A DNA stretch of 64,000 nt from Pseudomonadota bacterium (lineage in GTDB: Bacteria; Pseudomonadota; Alphaproteobacteria; Rhizobiales; Xanthobacteraceae), in assembly GCA_041691515.1 (NCBI GenBank), contig JBEPUM010000002.1, positions 628-64,627 on the forward strand. Reading direction: 5' to 3'. Below the pieces are notes generated by a model. That model was given only the letters and a program-made list of their open reading frames with translations, was not told where the DNA came from and made no database searches. The translations under genes and the position numbers were made by a program. Of this stretch, positions 26,790 through 38,051 are shown piece after piece (within the stretch, counting starts at the first letter, position 1; each line of letters opens with the position of its first letter).

Positions 26790-27890
26790 ATGACGCTGTG
26801 GTTTTTGTTCGCGCTGATGACCGCCGGAGCGGCCTTTGCGGTGCTGTGGCCGCTTGGCCGCCCAGCCCGGCGGCTTTCGGGCGGTAGCGAAACCAACGTC
26901 TACCGGGATCAGCTCACCGAGGTTGAACACGACGCCAGGACTGGCCAGATTGGCGCCCCAGAAGCTGCTGCGGCTCGCGTCGAGATCGGGCGACGCCTGC
27001 TGGAAGCGGCAGACGCGGAAAGTAGTCAGCCGCAATCGTCGAATCTCAGGTCGAGACGTGCGGTGGCTGTCGCCGCGCTTGTTGGAATCCCGTTGCTGGC
27101 GCTCGCGATCTATCTGCCGCTCGGATCGCCGGAACTCCCCGATTTTCCGCTCGCGGAACGCGTTCGCGCACCGGCGGCGTCGCAACCGCTCGATAATCTT
27201 GTGGCACAGGTCGAATCGCACCTCGAAAAGAATCCGACCGATGGCCGTGGCTGGGCCGTGCTCGCGCCGGTGCTCTCCAAACTCGGCCGCTTCGACGACG
27301 CTGTGCGCGCCTATCGCAATTCGCTGACATACAACGGCGAAACCGCGGAGCGGCGATCCGATCTCGGCGAAGCGATCGCAGGAGCCGCCAATGGTGTTGT
27401 GACGGCCGATGCGAAGACGGAATTCAAGCGGGCAGTCGCGCTGAACCCCAAGGACGTGAAGGGGCGCTATTTCCTTGGAATGGCGGCGGAGCAGGACGGC
27501 CGCCCTGCGGATGCCGCGAAGATCTGGCAGGTCATGCTGGCCGATGCGCCCGCGGATGCGCCGTGGCGCGGTGTGGTGCAGGAGGCACTGACGCGGGTCG
27601 GCGTCAGCGCGCCGCCGCTTCCAGACGGCGCGGTGGCTGCGGCCAGCGGCATGAGCGAAGCGGATCGTACGGCCATGATTCACGGCATGGTCGACCGGCT
27701 CGCAACACGCCTGAAGCAGGACGGCAACGACGTCGATGGATGGCTGCGTCTGGTTCGCGCCTATATGGTGCTGGGCGATCAGGACAAGATACGGAGCACG
27801 CTCGCCGATGCGCGGCAGGCCGTCGGCAACGACGCGGCGCGGCTGCGGACACTGAATGAAGGCCTGAAGAACATGGGGCTGGGCGGTTGA
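26790..27890 (+). CDS. ccmI: Cytochrome c biogenesis protein CcmI/CycH
   Basis: N-terminal TM, VYRDQLTE, YLPLGSP, TPR repeats; first gene of cycHJKL. Confidence 0.92.
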   Translation: MTLWFLFALMTAGAAFAVLWPLGRPARRLSGGSETNVYRDQLTEVEHDARTGQIGAPEAAAARVEIGRRLLEAADAESSQPQSSNLRSRRAVAVAALVGIPLLALAIYLPLGSPELPDFPLAERVRAPAASQPLDNLVAQVESHLEKNPTDGRGWAVLAPVLSKLGRFDDAVRAYRNSLTYNGETAERRSDLGEAIAGAANGVVTADAKTEFKRAVALNPKDVKGRYFLGMAAEQDGRPADAAKIWQVMLADAPADAPWRGVVQEALTRVGVSAPPLPDGAVAAASGMSEADRTAMIHGMVDRLATRLKQDGNDVDGWLRLVRAYMVLGDQDKIRSTLADARQAVGNDAARLRTLNEGLKNMGLGG

Positions 27891-27951
27891 GCATGAAGCA
27901 GGAACGCAAGCCGATTTTCGGCGCCGCCGTATCCCGATCGGAAGATGACGC

Positions 27952-28440
27952 ATGACGCGCAAGCAGCGGCGGTTGACGATGATTGGCGGATCGCTGGCGG
28001 TGCTGGCGATCGCCGCCGCGCTGGTGCTGAATGCGCTGCGCGATTCCATCGTGTTTTTCTCCACGCCCGTCATGGTGTCGGAAAAGCACATTCAGCCGGG
28101 CCAGAGGTTCAGGCTGGGTGGGCTGGTACTGAAAGGATCGGTGGTCCGTGGCGACAATCTCGCGGTGACCTTCAAGGTCTCCGACGGCAGCGCGACGCTT
28201 CCGGTCGCGTTCAAGGGCATCCTGCCGGATTTGTTCCGCGAAGGGCAGGGCGTCGTCGCCGAGGGCGCGCTCGATCATTCCGGCGTGTTCAAGGCAGATA
28301 TCGTGCTCGCGAAACACGACGAGACCTATATGCCGAAGGAAGTCGCCGACGCCTTGAAAAAGCAGGGGCATTGGAAGGATGATTACGGCAAGAAAGCCGG
28401 AAATGTCGAAGCTTCCGGCAAACAGGGAGTGTCGCAATGA
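27952..28440 (+). CDS. ccmE: Heme chaperone CcmE/CycJ
   Basis: [18 protein letters not shown] heme-binding motif. Confidence 0.97.
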   Translation: MTRKQRRLTMIGGSLAVLAIAAALVLNALRDSIVFFSTPVMVSEKHIQPGQRFRLGGLVLKGSVVRGDNLAVTFKVSDGSATLPVAFKGILPDLFREGQGVVAEGALDHSGVFKADIVLAKHDETYMPKEVADALKKQGHWKDDYGKKAGNVEASGKQGVSQ

Positions 28441-30419
28441 TCGCCGAAGCCGGACATTATGCGCTGGTGCTGGCGCTCGGCCTTGCGCTGATCCAGTCCA
28501 CGGTGCCGATTATTGGCGCCCGATTGCACGACGGCGCGCTGATGAACGTCGCGCGTTCGACGGCGCTGGCGCAATTGCTGTTCGTGGCGCTCTCGTTCGC
28601 TGCATTGGTGACGCTGCATGTCACCTCGGACTTTTCAGTCGTCAACGTGTACGAGAATTCGCATTCGCTGAAGCCGATGATCTACAAGATCACCGGCGTC
28701 TGGGGCAATCACGAAGGCTCCATGCTACTGTGGGTCACGATCCTCGCGCTGTTCGGCGGGCTCGTTGCCGCATTCGGTAACAATCTGCCGCTGTCGTTGC
28801 GTGCGCATGTGCTGGCGGTGCAGGCCTGGATCGCGACCGCGTTCTATCTGTTCATCCTGCTGACCTCGAATCCGTTCATGCGTATCGCCAATCCGCCGAT
28901 CGAGGGCCGCGATCTCAACCCGGTGTTGCAGGACATCGGCCTCGCGGTGCATCCGCCGATGCTCTATCTCGGCTATGTCGGGTTCTCGATTTCGTTTTCC
29001 TTCGCCGTCGCAGCTCTGCTCGAAGGCCGCATCGACGCCGCCTGGGCGCGCTGGGTGCGGCCGTGGACGCTGATGGCGTGGATTTGCCTGACGCTTGGGA
29101 TCGCGATGGGCTCGTACTGGGCCTACTACGAGCTCGGCTGGGGCGGCTGGTGGTTCTGGGATCCGGTCGAGAACGCGTCGCTGATGCCGTGGCTGGCCGG
29201 GACCGCGCTGCTGCACTCGGCGGTGGTGATGGAAAAGCGTAATGCGCTGAAGGTGTGGACCATCCTGCTCGCGATCCTGACCTTCTCGCTGTCGCTGCTC
29301 GGCACATTCCTGGTTCGCTCGGGCGTGCTCACGTCGGTTCACGCCTTCGCGACCGACCCGACGCGCGGCGTGTTCATCCTGCTGATCCTCTGCATCTTCA
29401 TCGGCGGCAGCCTGACGCTGTACATCTGGCGCGCAGCGGCGCTGAAGCAGGGCGGGCTATTTGCACCGATCTCGCGCGAAGGCGCGCTTGTGCTCAACAA
29501 CCTGTTCCTGACGACCGCCTGTGCCACCGTCTTCATCGGGACGCTCTATCCGCTGGCGCTCGAAGTCGTCACCGGGGAGAAAATCTCGGTCGGTGCGCCG
29601 TTCTTCAATCTGACCTTCGCGCCGCTGTTCGTTCCGCTGATGATCGCAGTGCCGTTCGGGCCGCTGCTGGCGTGGAAGCGGGGTGACCTGCTCGGCGCGT
29701 CGCAACGTTTGATCGCCGCCGGAATCGGCGCCTTGATTGCGGTGGCGGTGTTGTGGGCCTGGACGCGCGGCGGCAGCGCCTTCGCGCCGCTGGCGATCGG
29801 GCTGGCTGTGTTCGTCATTCTCGGGGCGCTCTGCGATCTCGCCGAACGCATCAGCCTGTTTCGCGCGCCGCTTCCAGTGTCGTTGCGCCGTGCCAGGGGA
29901 TTGCCGCGCTCGACATGGGGTACCGTCTTCGCCCATGCCGGCGTCGGCGTGGCTCTGATCGGCATCGTCTGCGAAACCACCTGGAACAGCGAACATATCG
30001 CCTCCATGAAGCCGAGCGATGTGGCGCAGGTCGGCGGCTACAGCCTGACCTTCGATGGCACGACGCAGCGGCAGGGATCGAACTATCGCGAGCAGATCGC
30101 GCGCTTTACCGTGCGCCAGGACGGTCAGCCGATTGCGGTGATGACGCCGTCGAAACGCAATTTCACCACGCGCGGTTCGTCGACCACGGAGGCTGCGCTG
30201 CTGACGCGCGGCGTGAGCCAGCTCTATATTTCGCTCGGCGATACCGCGGCCGATGGCGCGGTCGCGGTGCGCATGTACTACAAGCCGATGGTGCTCTTGA
30301 TTTGGTTTGGGCCGGTTTTGATGGCCTTTGGCGGCATGCTGTCGCTGTCCGACCGCCGCCTGCGCGTCGGAGCGCCAAAACCGGCCAAGGCAAGCCGCGC
30401 ACTCCAGGCGGCGGAGTGA
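28437..30419 (+). CDS. ccmF: Heme lyase CcmF/CycK
   Basis: [21 protein letters not shown] domain. Confidence 0.97.
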   Translation: MIAEAGHYALVLALGLALIQSTVPIIGARLHDGALMNVARSTALAQLLFVALSFAALVTLHVTSDFSVVNVYENSHSLKPMIYKITGVWGNHEGSMLLWVTILALFGGLVAAFGNNLPLSLRAHVLAVQAWIATAFYLFILLTSNPFMRIANPPIEGRDLNPVLQDIGLAVHPPMLYLGYVGFSISFSFAVAALLEGRIDAAWARWVRPWTLMAWICLTLGIAMGSYWAYYELGWGGWWFWDPVENASLMPWLAGTALLHSAVVMEKRNALKVWTILLAILTFSLSLLGTFLVRSGVLTSVHAFATDPTRGVFILLILCIFIGGSLTLYIWRAAALKQGGLFAPISREGALVLNNLFLTTACATVFIGTLYPLALEVVTGEKISVGAPFFNLTFAPLFVPLMIAVPFGPLLAWKRGDLLGASQRLIAAGIGALIAVAVLWAWTRGGSAFAPLAIGLAVFVILGALCDLAERISLFRAPLPVSLRRARGLPRSTWGTVFAHAGVGVALIGIVCETTWNSEHIASMKPSDVAQVGGYSLTFDGTTQRQGSNYREQIARFTVRQDGQPIAVMTPSKRNFTTRGSSTTEAALLTRGVSQLYISLGDTAADGAVAVRMYYKPMVLLIWFGPVLMAFGGMLSLSDRRLRVGAPKPAKASRALQAAE

Positions 30420-30423
30420 TGCG

Positions 30424-30924
30424 GTGAGGCGCATTCCTGCATTTGTGGTTTTGGTCTTCATGATGCTCGGCGCGCCCGCCGTCCACGCGGTGCAACCCGA
30501 CGAAATCATGTCCAATCCTGCGCAGGAGTTGCGCGCGCGCGGCTTGTCGCGCGAATTGCGCTGCATGGTCTGCCAGAACCAGTCGATCGACGATTCCGAG
30601 GCACCGCTGGCGCGAGACATTCGCCTGCTGGTGCGTGAGCGCATCGCGGCAGGTGACAGCGATCAGCAGGTGCTGGATTTTCTGGTCGCCCGCTACGGCG
30701 AGTTCGTGCTGCTGAAGCCGCGGTTCGAACCGAGTACGTTGCCACTCTGGCTGCTCACCCCAGCACTGCTGATCGGTGGCGGACTTGCGCTCTGGGGTTA
30801 CACCCGGCGCAGGTCAAAAGCGATGCCGGATGCCGCGGATCCACCGCCGCGATTGAGCGAGGACGAAGAAGCGCGGCTGGCAAAATTGGTGGCGGCGGAA
30901 TCTGCCGCGGATGGCCCGGTTTAG
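30424..30924 (+). CDS. ccmH: Cytochrome c biogenesis protein CcmH/CycL
   Basis: LRCMVCQNQSI, RYGEFVLLKP; GTG start approximate. Confidence 0.93.
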   Translation: MRRIPAFVVLVFMMLGAPAVHAVQPDEIMSNPAQELRARGLSRELRCMVCQNQSIDDSEAPLARDIRLLVRERIAAGDSDQQVLDFLVARYGEFVLLKPRFEPSTLPLWLLTPALLIGGGLALWGYTRRRSKAMPDAADPPPRLSEDEEARLAKLVAAESAADGPV

Positions 30925-31069
30925 CGTGCGCCAAACTGCCGCATCAAATGCGGCCATTGTTACAAAACATTAATTTCCCAGCCAGCCCGCTGTAAGGCGG
31001 GAATCCCCATCTTCAAGACCATAAGGTGCTCGCCCTCGGCACTGTTCAATCTGGTTTTGGAGACTTCGT

Positions 31070-32653
31070 ATGACTGACCGGCCCACCGACCACTCGTCGC
31101 TTCCCTCGTTCAAATCCGCCCGCCGTTCGCTGTTCTCTGCGCGCAAGTTCGCGCTAATGGCGTCGGTCGTCGCCGGTCTCGGCGTCGCCGCTTACGGGTT
31201 CAGCCCTTCGACGGGCAGCCTTGATCTCTTCAGCAGCCCCGCCCACGCACAGGTCAATAACGATGTGAGCAAGGTCGCGCAGCCGATCGGCTTTGCCGAC
31301 ATTGTCGAACGCGTGAAGCCGTCGGTGATTTCGGTGAAGGTCCAGATCAGGGAGAAAACTGCCGACGCGGGCAACAATGACGGTGACTCGCCGTTCCAGC
31401 CCGGATCTCCGATGGAGCGTTTCTTCCGCCGCTTCGGCGGGCCGGATGGCTTGCCGCCAGGATTGCGTGGCCAGCGCGGCCATGGCGCCGTCACCGGTCA
31501 AGGCTCCGGATTCTTCATTTCAGCCGACGGCTATGCCGTGACCAACAATCACGTCGTCGACGGTGCCGACAAGGTCGAAGTCACCACCGATGCCGGCAAG
31601 ACCTATAGTGCGAAAGTGATCGGTACCGATCCGCGTACCGATGTTGCTCTGATCAAGGTTGAGGGTGGTTCGGATTTCCCGTTTGCGAAGCTGTCGGACG
31701 ACAAGGCGCGGATCGGCGACTGGGTGCTTGCGGTCGGCAATCCGTTCGGTCTCGGCGGAACCGTAACGGCCGGCATCGTATCGGCCAGCGGCCGTGACAT
31801 CGGCAACGGTCCCTACGATGACTTCATTCAGATCGATGCGCCCGTGAACAAGGGTAACTCCGGCGGCCCGGCCTTCAACATGAAGGGTGACGTCATCGGC
31901 GTGAACACCGCGATCTACTCGCCGTCCGGCGGCAGCGTCGGCATCGCGTTCTCGATCCCGGCCAACACCGTGAAGAGTGTCATCGCCCAACTCAAAGACA
32001 AGGGTTCGGTGAGCCGCGGATGGATCGGTGTCCAGATTCAACCCGTCACCTCTGACATTGCCGATAGCCTCGGTATGAAGAAAGCTGAAGGTGCGCTGGT
32101 TGCGGAGCCGCAGGCGAACGGTCCGGCCTCCAAGGCCGGCATTGAATCCGGAGACGTGATCAAGGCGGTCAACGGCGAAACCGTGAAGGACGCGCGCGAA
32201 CTGGCGCGGACCATCGGTGCCTTCGCGCCGGGTACATCGATCAAACTCGACGTGCTGCACAAGGGCACGGACAAGGTCGTCAACCTGACGCTCGGCACCT
32301 TGCCGAACAACCTGGAAGCCAAGGCCGATATCAACGACAACGACCGCGGGTCGTCGTCGCGCGGCGCTGAGGTTCCAAAGCTCGGCATGACGGTTGCACC
32401 GGCAACGTCGGTTGCGGGCGCCGGCAAGGAAGGCGTCGTCGTGACTGACGTCGATCCGAAGAGCGCGGCCGCGGAGCGTGGCTTCAAGGAAGGCGACGTG
32501 ATTCTCGAAGTTGCGGGAAAGAGCGTGGCCAGTTCAGGCGACGTGCGCGATGCGATCAAGGCGGCGCACGCGGACAACAAGAACAGCGTTCTGATGCGGG
32601 TTCGCACCGGCGGTTCGGCGCGTTTCGTCGCGGTGCCCATCGCAAAGGGCTAA
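31070..32653 (+). CDS. degP: Do/DegP-family periplasmic serine endoprotease
   Basis: GSGF, TNNHV, GNSGGP, two PDZ domains. Confidence 0.9.
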   Translation: MTDRPTDHSSLPSFKSARRSLFSARKFALMASVVAGLGVAAYGFSPSTGSLDLFSSPAHAQVNNDVSKVAQPIGFADIVERVKPSVISVKVQIREKTADAGNNDGDSPFQPGSPMERFFRRFGGPDGLPPGLRGQRGHGAVTGQGSGFFISADGYAVTNNHVVDGADKVEVTTDAGKTYSAKVIGTDPRTDVALIKVEGGSDFPFAKLSDDKARIGDWVLAVGNPFGLGGTVTAGIVSASGRDIGNGPYDDFIQIDAPVNKGNSGGPAFNMKGDVIGVNTAIYSPSGGSVGIAFSIPANTVKSVIAQLKDKGSVSRGWIGVQIQPVTSDIADSLGMKKAEGALVAEPQANGPASKAGIESGDVIKAVNGETVKDARELARTIGAFAPGTSIKLDVLHKGTDKVVNLTLGTLPNNLEAKADINDNDRGSSSRGAEVPKLGMTVAPATSVAGAGKEGVVVTDVDPKSAAAERGFKEGDVILEVAGKSVASSGDVRDAIKAAHADNKNSVLMRVRTGGSARFVAVPIAKG

Positions 32654-32689
32654 GGCTCCAACGTTGCAAGCAACGTTACAAGAGATGGG

Positions 32690-32842
32690 AAGCGTCGCCG
32701 GCATAGTCGCCCCCGCTGACGGCACTTTCCGGGGGACGGGCCAAAAGCCCGTCCCCTTAAGTTACCTTCCGATGGAATGAGCCCCCCTCCGTCGGAAGGA
32801 CTAAGGGCGGTGGAGTTCCCCCAAGCTCCACCGCCCGCTTTT
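32690..32842 (+). ncRNA. Candidate structured sRNA / 3' UTR element with C-rich loops, ending in an intrinsic terminator
   Basis: Strong hairpins at 32732-32756, 32765-32799 (loop ..GCCCCCC) and 32805-32836 (loop CCCCCA) followed by GCTTTT. Confidence 0.4.
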
Positions 32843-32939
32843 CCTGACGGCCGGGGAGCATCTCGCAGCCTTGCGCGCAGGCGACCGGCGCGCCATGGTG
32901 ACAGAAAGACGAACCCTCTTGGCCGATTCCAGCAACCAG

Positions 32940-33620
32940 ATGCGCCTGCTGATCATCGAAGACGATCGCGAATCCGCGGACTATCTCGTGAAGGCGTTTC
33001 GCGAGGTCGGTCACGTTGCCGAGCTTGCAAGCGATGGCGAGGAGGGGCTGTCACTCGCGGACGGCGGCGACTACGACGTGTTGGTCATCGACCGGATGCT
33101 GCCAAAACGCGACGGGCTTTCTGTGATAGGCTCGCTCCGCGACAAGGGCAACCGGACGCCAGCGCTCATTCTCTCCGCGCTCGGCCAGGTAGACGATCGC
33201 ATCAAGGGATTGCGGGCGGGGGGTGACGACTATTTGCCGAAGCCCTACGCGTTTGCCGAATTGCTGGCACGGGTCGAAGTGTTGTCGCGTCGCCATGGCG
33301 GTCCGGCCGAAGATACCGTCTATCGTGTTGGCGACCTCGAACTCGACCGGCTGTCGCATCGCGTCGCGCGAGGCGCGGATGAATTGACACTCCAGCCGCG
33401 CGAATTTCGCCTGCTCGAATATCTGATGAAGCATGCGGGACAGGTCGTGACCAGAACCATGCTGCTTGAGAACGTCTGGGATTATCACTTCGATCCGCAG
33501 ACCAACGTCATCGACGTGCATATTTCTCGGCTGCGCTCCAAGATCGACAAGGGTTTCGAGCGGCCTCTGCTGCATACCATCCGAGGCGCTGGATACATGA
33601 TCCGTGACGGCGTTCGGTAA
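32940..33620 (+). CDS. OmpR-family response regulator
   Basis: MRLLIIEDD, GGDDYLPKPY, TIRGAGY. Confidence 0.92.
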   Translation: MRLLIIEDDRESADYLVKAFREVGHVAELASDGEEGLSLADGGDYDVLVIDRMLPKRDGLSVIGSLRDKGNRTPALILSALGQVDDRIKGLRAGGDDYLPKPYAFAELLARVEVLSRRHGGPAEDTVYRVGDLELDRLSHRVARGADELTLQPREFRLLEYLMKHAGQVVTRTMLLENVWDYHFDPQTNVIDVHISRLRSKIDKGFERPLLHTIRGAGYMIRDGVR

Positions 33621-35091
33621 ACTGTTCCGCACCACGGCGTTTCGGCTGACGCTGGTCTATCTTCTGCTGTTCGCGCTTTTTGCGGCGTCTCTCCTCGGAT
33701 ATTTTGCCTGGAATACCCGCCGCCTGATCACCGATCAGATCACCTCCACCGTCGGCGAGGAAATTGGCCTGCTCTCCGACGTCTTCAATCGCCGCGGATT
33801 GCGCGGTCTTGTCTTCGCCATCGAAAATCGCGCGCTTCGGCCCGGCTCAAATCTCTATCTGGTGACGACACCTGCTGGCCTCGCCGTCGCGGGCAATGTC
33901 GGGTCGCTTCAGCCTGGCGTGATAACGAGCACCGGCTGGACCGAAACCGCCTACCGCCGGCTAGATGAGCAAGACAAGGCCGATCATCGTGCGCTGGTGC
34001 GCGTGACGGAGTTGTCCAACGGCTTTCGGCTGCTGATCGGCCGCGATCTGGAAGAGCGTCGGCGCATTTTTGGCGTGGTCGCTTCCGCCGCGCAGTGGTC
34101 GGTGCTGATCGTTGTCATTCTTGGTCTCGGCGGCGGCATTTTCGTGGCGCGCCGGGTACTGCATCGTATCGATGCAATGACGGGGACCACACAGCGCATC
34201 ATGGCCGGTGATCTGAGCGGGCGGCTTCCGGTCGGACGCAGCGGCGACGAACTCGATCGGCTGGCGGGAAATCTCAACGCGATGCTCGAGCGCATTGAGG
34301 CCTTGATGATGGGACTGAAGGAGGTCTCCGACAACATCGCCCACGATCTGAAGACGCCACTGACGCGGCTGCGCAATCGCGCCGAGGAGGCGCTCGCTAA
34401 ATCCAGCAATGAGAGCGAATATCGTGCCGCGTTGGAACGGACCATCGAAGAGTCCGACGGGCTGATCCGTACCTTCAACGCGCTCTTGATGATCGCGCGC
34501 GCCGAATCGGGACAGGCGCGGGACAACATGGTAGATTTCGACGCTGCGGAAGTCGCGCAGGGCATCCACGAACTCTACGAGCCGCTGGCCGAAGACAACG
34601 GGCTGATGCTCAATGTCCAGGCTGAGCCTGCCCCGCTGCACGGCAATCGCGAACTGATCAGTCAGGCGCTCGCCAATCTGGTCGAAAACGCCATCAAGTA
34701 TGGACAGTCGAAACCGGTGGCGCAGCCACTCGGGGCCGACGTGCCTGACGTAGCTGTCGCCGCAAACACAGCCACAGCTGACAAGACGATCTTGATCGAA
34801 GCCCGTCGCGATGGTGATCGCGTCATTCTCGGCGTGATCGATCATGGCTCCGGGATCCCCGAAGCTGACCGCAAGCACGCTATCGAGCGGTTCGTGCGGC
34901 TCGAAGCCAGCCGGACACTGCCGGGATCCGGGCTCGGCCTGAGCCTCGCGTCGGCGGTGGCCACGCTACACGGTGGCGATCTCACGCTCAGCGATGCTCA
35001 ACCGGGCCTGCGTGCGATACTATCCATCCCCGCCCGGATCGGCGAGGGACTTGCGGCGCCGACGCCGGACGTGCAACAGAATGGTGCATGA
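33604..35091 (+). CDS. HAMP sensor histidine kinase
   Basis: 2 TM, HAMP, IAHDLKTPL, NLVENAIKY, GSGLGL. Confidence 0.92.
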   Translation: MTAFGKLFRTTAFRLTLVYLLLFALFAASLLGYFAWNTRRLITDQITSTVGEEIGLLSDVFNRRGLRGLVFAIENRALRPGSNLYLVTTPAGLAVAGNVGSLQPGVITSTGWTETAYRRLDEQDKADHRALVRVTELSNGFRLLIGRDLEERRRIFGVVASAAQWSVLIVVILGLGGGIFVARRVLHRIDAMTGTTQRIMAGDLSGRLPVGRSGDELDRLAGNLNAMLERIEALMMGLKEVSDNIAHDLKTPLTRLRNRAEEALAKSSNESEYRAALERTIEESDGLIRTFNALLMIARAESGQARDNMVDFDAAEVAQGIHELYEPLAEDNGLMLNVQAEPAPLHGNRELISQALANLVENAIKYGQSKPVAQPLGADVPDVAVAANTATADKTILIEARRDGDRVILGVIDHGSGIPEADRKHAIERFVRLEASRTLPGSGLGLSLASAVATLHGGDLTLSDAQPGLRAILSIPARIGEGLAAPTPDVQQNGA

Positions 35092-38051
35092 TTTCATCCG
35101 CGAAGGGCGACGCGGACCGGGCCAGTCTGGCGGCACGTCTTACGGACGGGCCAAAAGTATTCGCGCCTGCAGAGTCCGAACGCCGTCTTGAAGATTGGTT
35201 GTCCGATCTAACGCCGAAGCAATCCGGCGCTATCGGGGCTCTGACGGGTTCGTTCCCGCTGGTTCAGTCGATCCTGTTCGGTGTCGCGGAATCGTCGCCC
35301 TATCTTTTTGACCTGATGCGTGCCGACCCGGATCGGACGTTGCGCCTGTTTCACGGCAACCCAGAAGATCGTCTTGCGGGGCTGATTTCGGATATCTCGG
35401 AAGCAGCAGCGTCCGGCGATGAAGCCGAGGCCATGCAACGGCTTCGCGCCATCAAGGCAGAAGCGGCGCTGCTGATCGCGTTGTGCGATATCGGCGGCGT
35501 GTGGCCTGTCATGCAGGTCACGGCGGGATTGACCGGTCTTGCCGTCGCATCGGTCCAGAGCGCGCTGCGATTTCTGCTGCGACAAGAGGCGGGGCGCGGA
35601 CGGCTGCAACCGCCCAACATCGATCGTCCCGAAGACGGCAGCGGTCTCGTGGTGCTTGCGATGGGCAAGATGGGCGCAGGTGAACTGAATTATTCGAGCG
35701 ACGTCGATCTGATCGTGTTTTTCGATCTCGCCGCACCGACGCTTGCTCCTGGTATCGAGCCGCAGCAATTCTTCGTTCGTGTCACGCAAGGTCTGTCGCG
35801 CATGCTGCAACAGCGGACCGGCGATGGCTATGTCTTCCGGGTCGATCTGCGCCTGCGGCCGGATCCGGCATCGACGCAGGTCGCCGTGTCGACCGCGGCT
35901 GCGCTCGATTACTATGAGCGGGAAGGCCGCACCTGGGAACGCGCGGCCATGATCAAGGCGCGGCCCTGCGCCGGCGATGCGCAGGCAGGCGAAGCGATGA
36001 TTGCCGAGATATCGCCTTTCGTCTGGCGCAAGCACCTCGATTTCGCAGCCCTCGCTGATGTTCATGACATGAAGCGGCAGATGCAGACCTACCGAGGACA
36101 GAGCGAGATCTCTGTCGAAGGCCATAACGTCAAGATCGGGCGAGGCGGTATCCGGGAGATCGAGTTTTTCGCCCAGACCCAGCAGTTGATCGCTGGCGGA
36201 CGGCATCCCGAATTACGAGTGCGTCCGACGCTGGATGCGCTCAAGATTCTGGCATCAAGCAACTGGATCACAAACTCAGCACGGGATGAATTGACCGCCG
36301 CATATCTGTTTTTGCGAAAGGTCGAGCATCGGGTCCAGATGATGGCCGACGAGCAGACCCATGTTCTGCCTGCCGACGTCGAGGCGATGGAGCGGTTCGC
36401 GCGTTTTCTCGGATTTGATGATCGCGCGAGCTTTGCGGCCGAATTGCTGGTGCATCTCGATTGCGTTCAAGGACACTATAGCCGGTTGTTCGAAGGCGAT
36501 CCCACCGGCACGGCCAAGCTGCCGACGGTGGACTATGGCGCCGGACCCGACGATCTGCGGTTGATCGATCACCTAACCAAGCTTGGCTTCGAGAAGCCGA
36601 GGATGGTTGCAGCCACCGTCCAGCAATGGATGTCTGGCGAATATCGATCGCTCAAAGCCGAAGCGACGCGGTCCGCATTCGAGGCATTCGTACCGGCGCT
36701 GATTGACGGTCTGGCACGGGCAGAAGAGCCGGATAACGCGGTGGTCGCGTTCGACAGTTTCTTGCAGGCATTGCAACGCGGCGGCCGGCTGATTTCGCTG
36801 CTCAGCCAGAATCAAGAACTCGTTGCGCTGGTGGCGCTCGTGCTCGGCGCCGCGCCGCGGCTCGGTGACATGCTGGCGCGACGTCCGCAGATCATGGATG
36901 GATTGATCGACCCGCGATTCTTCGGCGCCATGCCCGACCGGCAGGAGCTGTCGGCACGACTGGCCGCCACCCTCAAGGATGCGGATTCCTATGAGGAGTT
37001 TCTCGACCGGCTGCGCCTGTTCGGTCAGGAAAGCCTGTTTCTTATTGGAACGCGCATCCTGTCCGGCACCGTGTCGGCGCGGCAGGCGGGCATTGCCTTT
37101 GCCGACGTCGCCGAGGGCATTGTCGATACCGTGCATGGACTGGTGAAGGACCAGTTCGCTGCTCAATATGGCCGGATCGCGGGACAGGAAACGGCGATCC
37201 TCGCGATGGGAAAACTCGGCAGCCGCGAGATGACCGCGTCGTCAGATCTCGATTTGATTCTGCTCTACGATTTCGATCCGGAGCGTCCGGACTCCGACGG
37301 GGCGCGGCCGCTGCATGGCGCGCAATATTTCGCGCGATTCACCCAGCGTCTCATCAGTGCGTTCACCACGCGAACCAACTATGGCGTTCTTTATGACGTC
37401 GATATGCGGCTGCGCCCTTCGGGCCGTGCCGGTCCGGTCGCGTCGCATATCGATTCCTTTGCCGACTATCAGGATAACGAGGCGTGGACCTGGGAGCATA
37501 TGGCGCTGACGCGCGCGCAAGTGATTTCATCCTCGCCCGAGTTTCGCGCCCGGATCGAACGTGTCATCCGTGATGTCCTGACGCGGCCGCGCGATGCCGG
37601 ACTAACCGCGAACGATGTCGCCGAAATGCGCCGCGCAATCGCGTTGGAAAAAGGCGAAGACGATATCTGGGATCTGAAATACGCCGCCGGCGGCATGGTC
37701 GATATCGATTTTATCGCGCAATATCTTCAGCTCATCCACGCGGCGGACAAGCCCGATATTCTCAGCGTCAACACGCAACAGGCGCTCGACAACGCGCAGC
37801 GGCTTGGCATCCTATCGTTGCCAGATGCGGAAATCTTGCGGCCAGCGGCGCGGCTCTATCATGACCTGACGCAAATCCTGCGGCTTTGCGTCAGCGACAA
37901 ATTCAAGCCCGATACCGTGGGCGACGATCTGCTTCGGGTGTTGGCGCGGGCAGGGGATGTGCCCGACTTTTCGGCGCTGGAAGCCCGCGTCCGGGAGATT
38001 CAGGCTGATGTGCGCGGCGTGTTTCTCAGGCTGATGGAGAGCCAGCCCTAG
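35088..38051 (+). CDS. glnE: Bifunctional glutamine synthetase adenylyltransferase/deadenylase
   Basis: Two nucleotidyltransferase domains: MGKMGAGELNYSSDVDL and MGKLGSREMTASSDLDL; RVDLRLRP. Confidence 0.96.
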   Translation: MISSAKGDADRASLAARLTDGPKVFAPAESERRLEDWLSDLTPKQSGAIGALTGSFPLVQSILFGVAESSPYLFDLMRADPDRTLRLFHGNPEDRLAGLISDISEAAASGDEAEAMQRLRAIKAEAALLIALCDIGGVWPVMQVTAGLTGLAVASVQSALRFLLRQEAGRGRLQPPNIDRPEDGSGLVVLAMGKMGAGELNYSSDVDLIVFFDLAAPTLAPGIEPQQFFVRVTQGLSRMLQQRTGDGYVFRVDLRLRPDPASTQVAVSTAAALDYYEREGRTWERAAMIKARPCAGDAQAGEAMIAEISPFVWRKHLDFAALADVHDMKRQMQTYRGQSEISVEGHNVKIGRGGIREIEFFAQTQQLIAGGRHPELRVRPTLDALKILASSNWITNSARDELTAAYLFLRKVEHRVQMMADEQTHVLPADVEAMERFARFLGFDDRASFAAELLVHLDCVQGHYSRLFEGDPTGTAKLPTVDYGAGPDDLRLIDHLTKLGFEKPRMVAATVQQWMSGEYRSLKAEATRSAFEAFVPALIDGLARAEEPDNAVVAFDSFLQALQRGGRLISLLSQNQELVALVALVLGAAPRLGDMLARRPQIMDGLIDPRFFGAMPDRQELSARLAATLKDADSYEEFLDRLRLFGQESLFLIGTRILSGTVSARQAGIAFADVAEGIVDTVHGLVKDQFAAQYGRIAGQETAILAMGKLGSREMTASSDLDLILLYDFDPERPDSDGARPLHGAQYFARFTQRLISAFTTRTNYGVLYDVDMRLRPSGRAGPVASHIDSFADYQDNEAWTWEHMALTRAQVISSSPEFRARIERVIRDVLTRPRDAGLTANDVAEMRRAIALEKGEDDIWDLKYAAGGMVDIDFIAQYLQLIHAADKPDILSVNTQQALDNAQRLGILSLPDAEILRPAARLYHDLTQILRLCVSDKFKPDTVGDDLLRVLARAGDVPDFSALEARVREIQADVRGVFLRLMESQP

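Noticed and set aside
23376-28091. Long minus-strand ORFs (529, 558 and 455 aa)
   Set aside because: Antisense shadows of well-supported plus-strand genes, common in high-GC DNA; no motifs.
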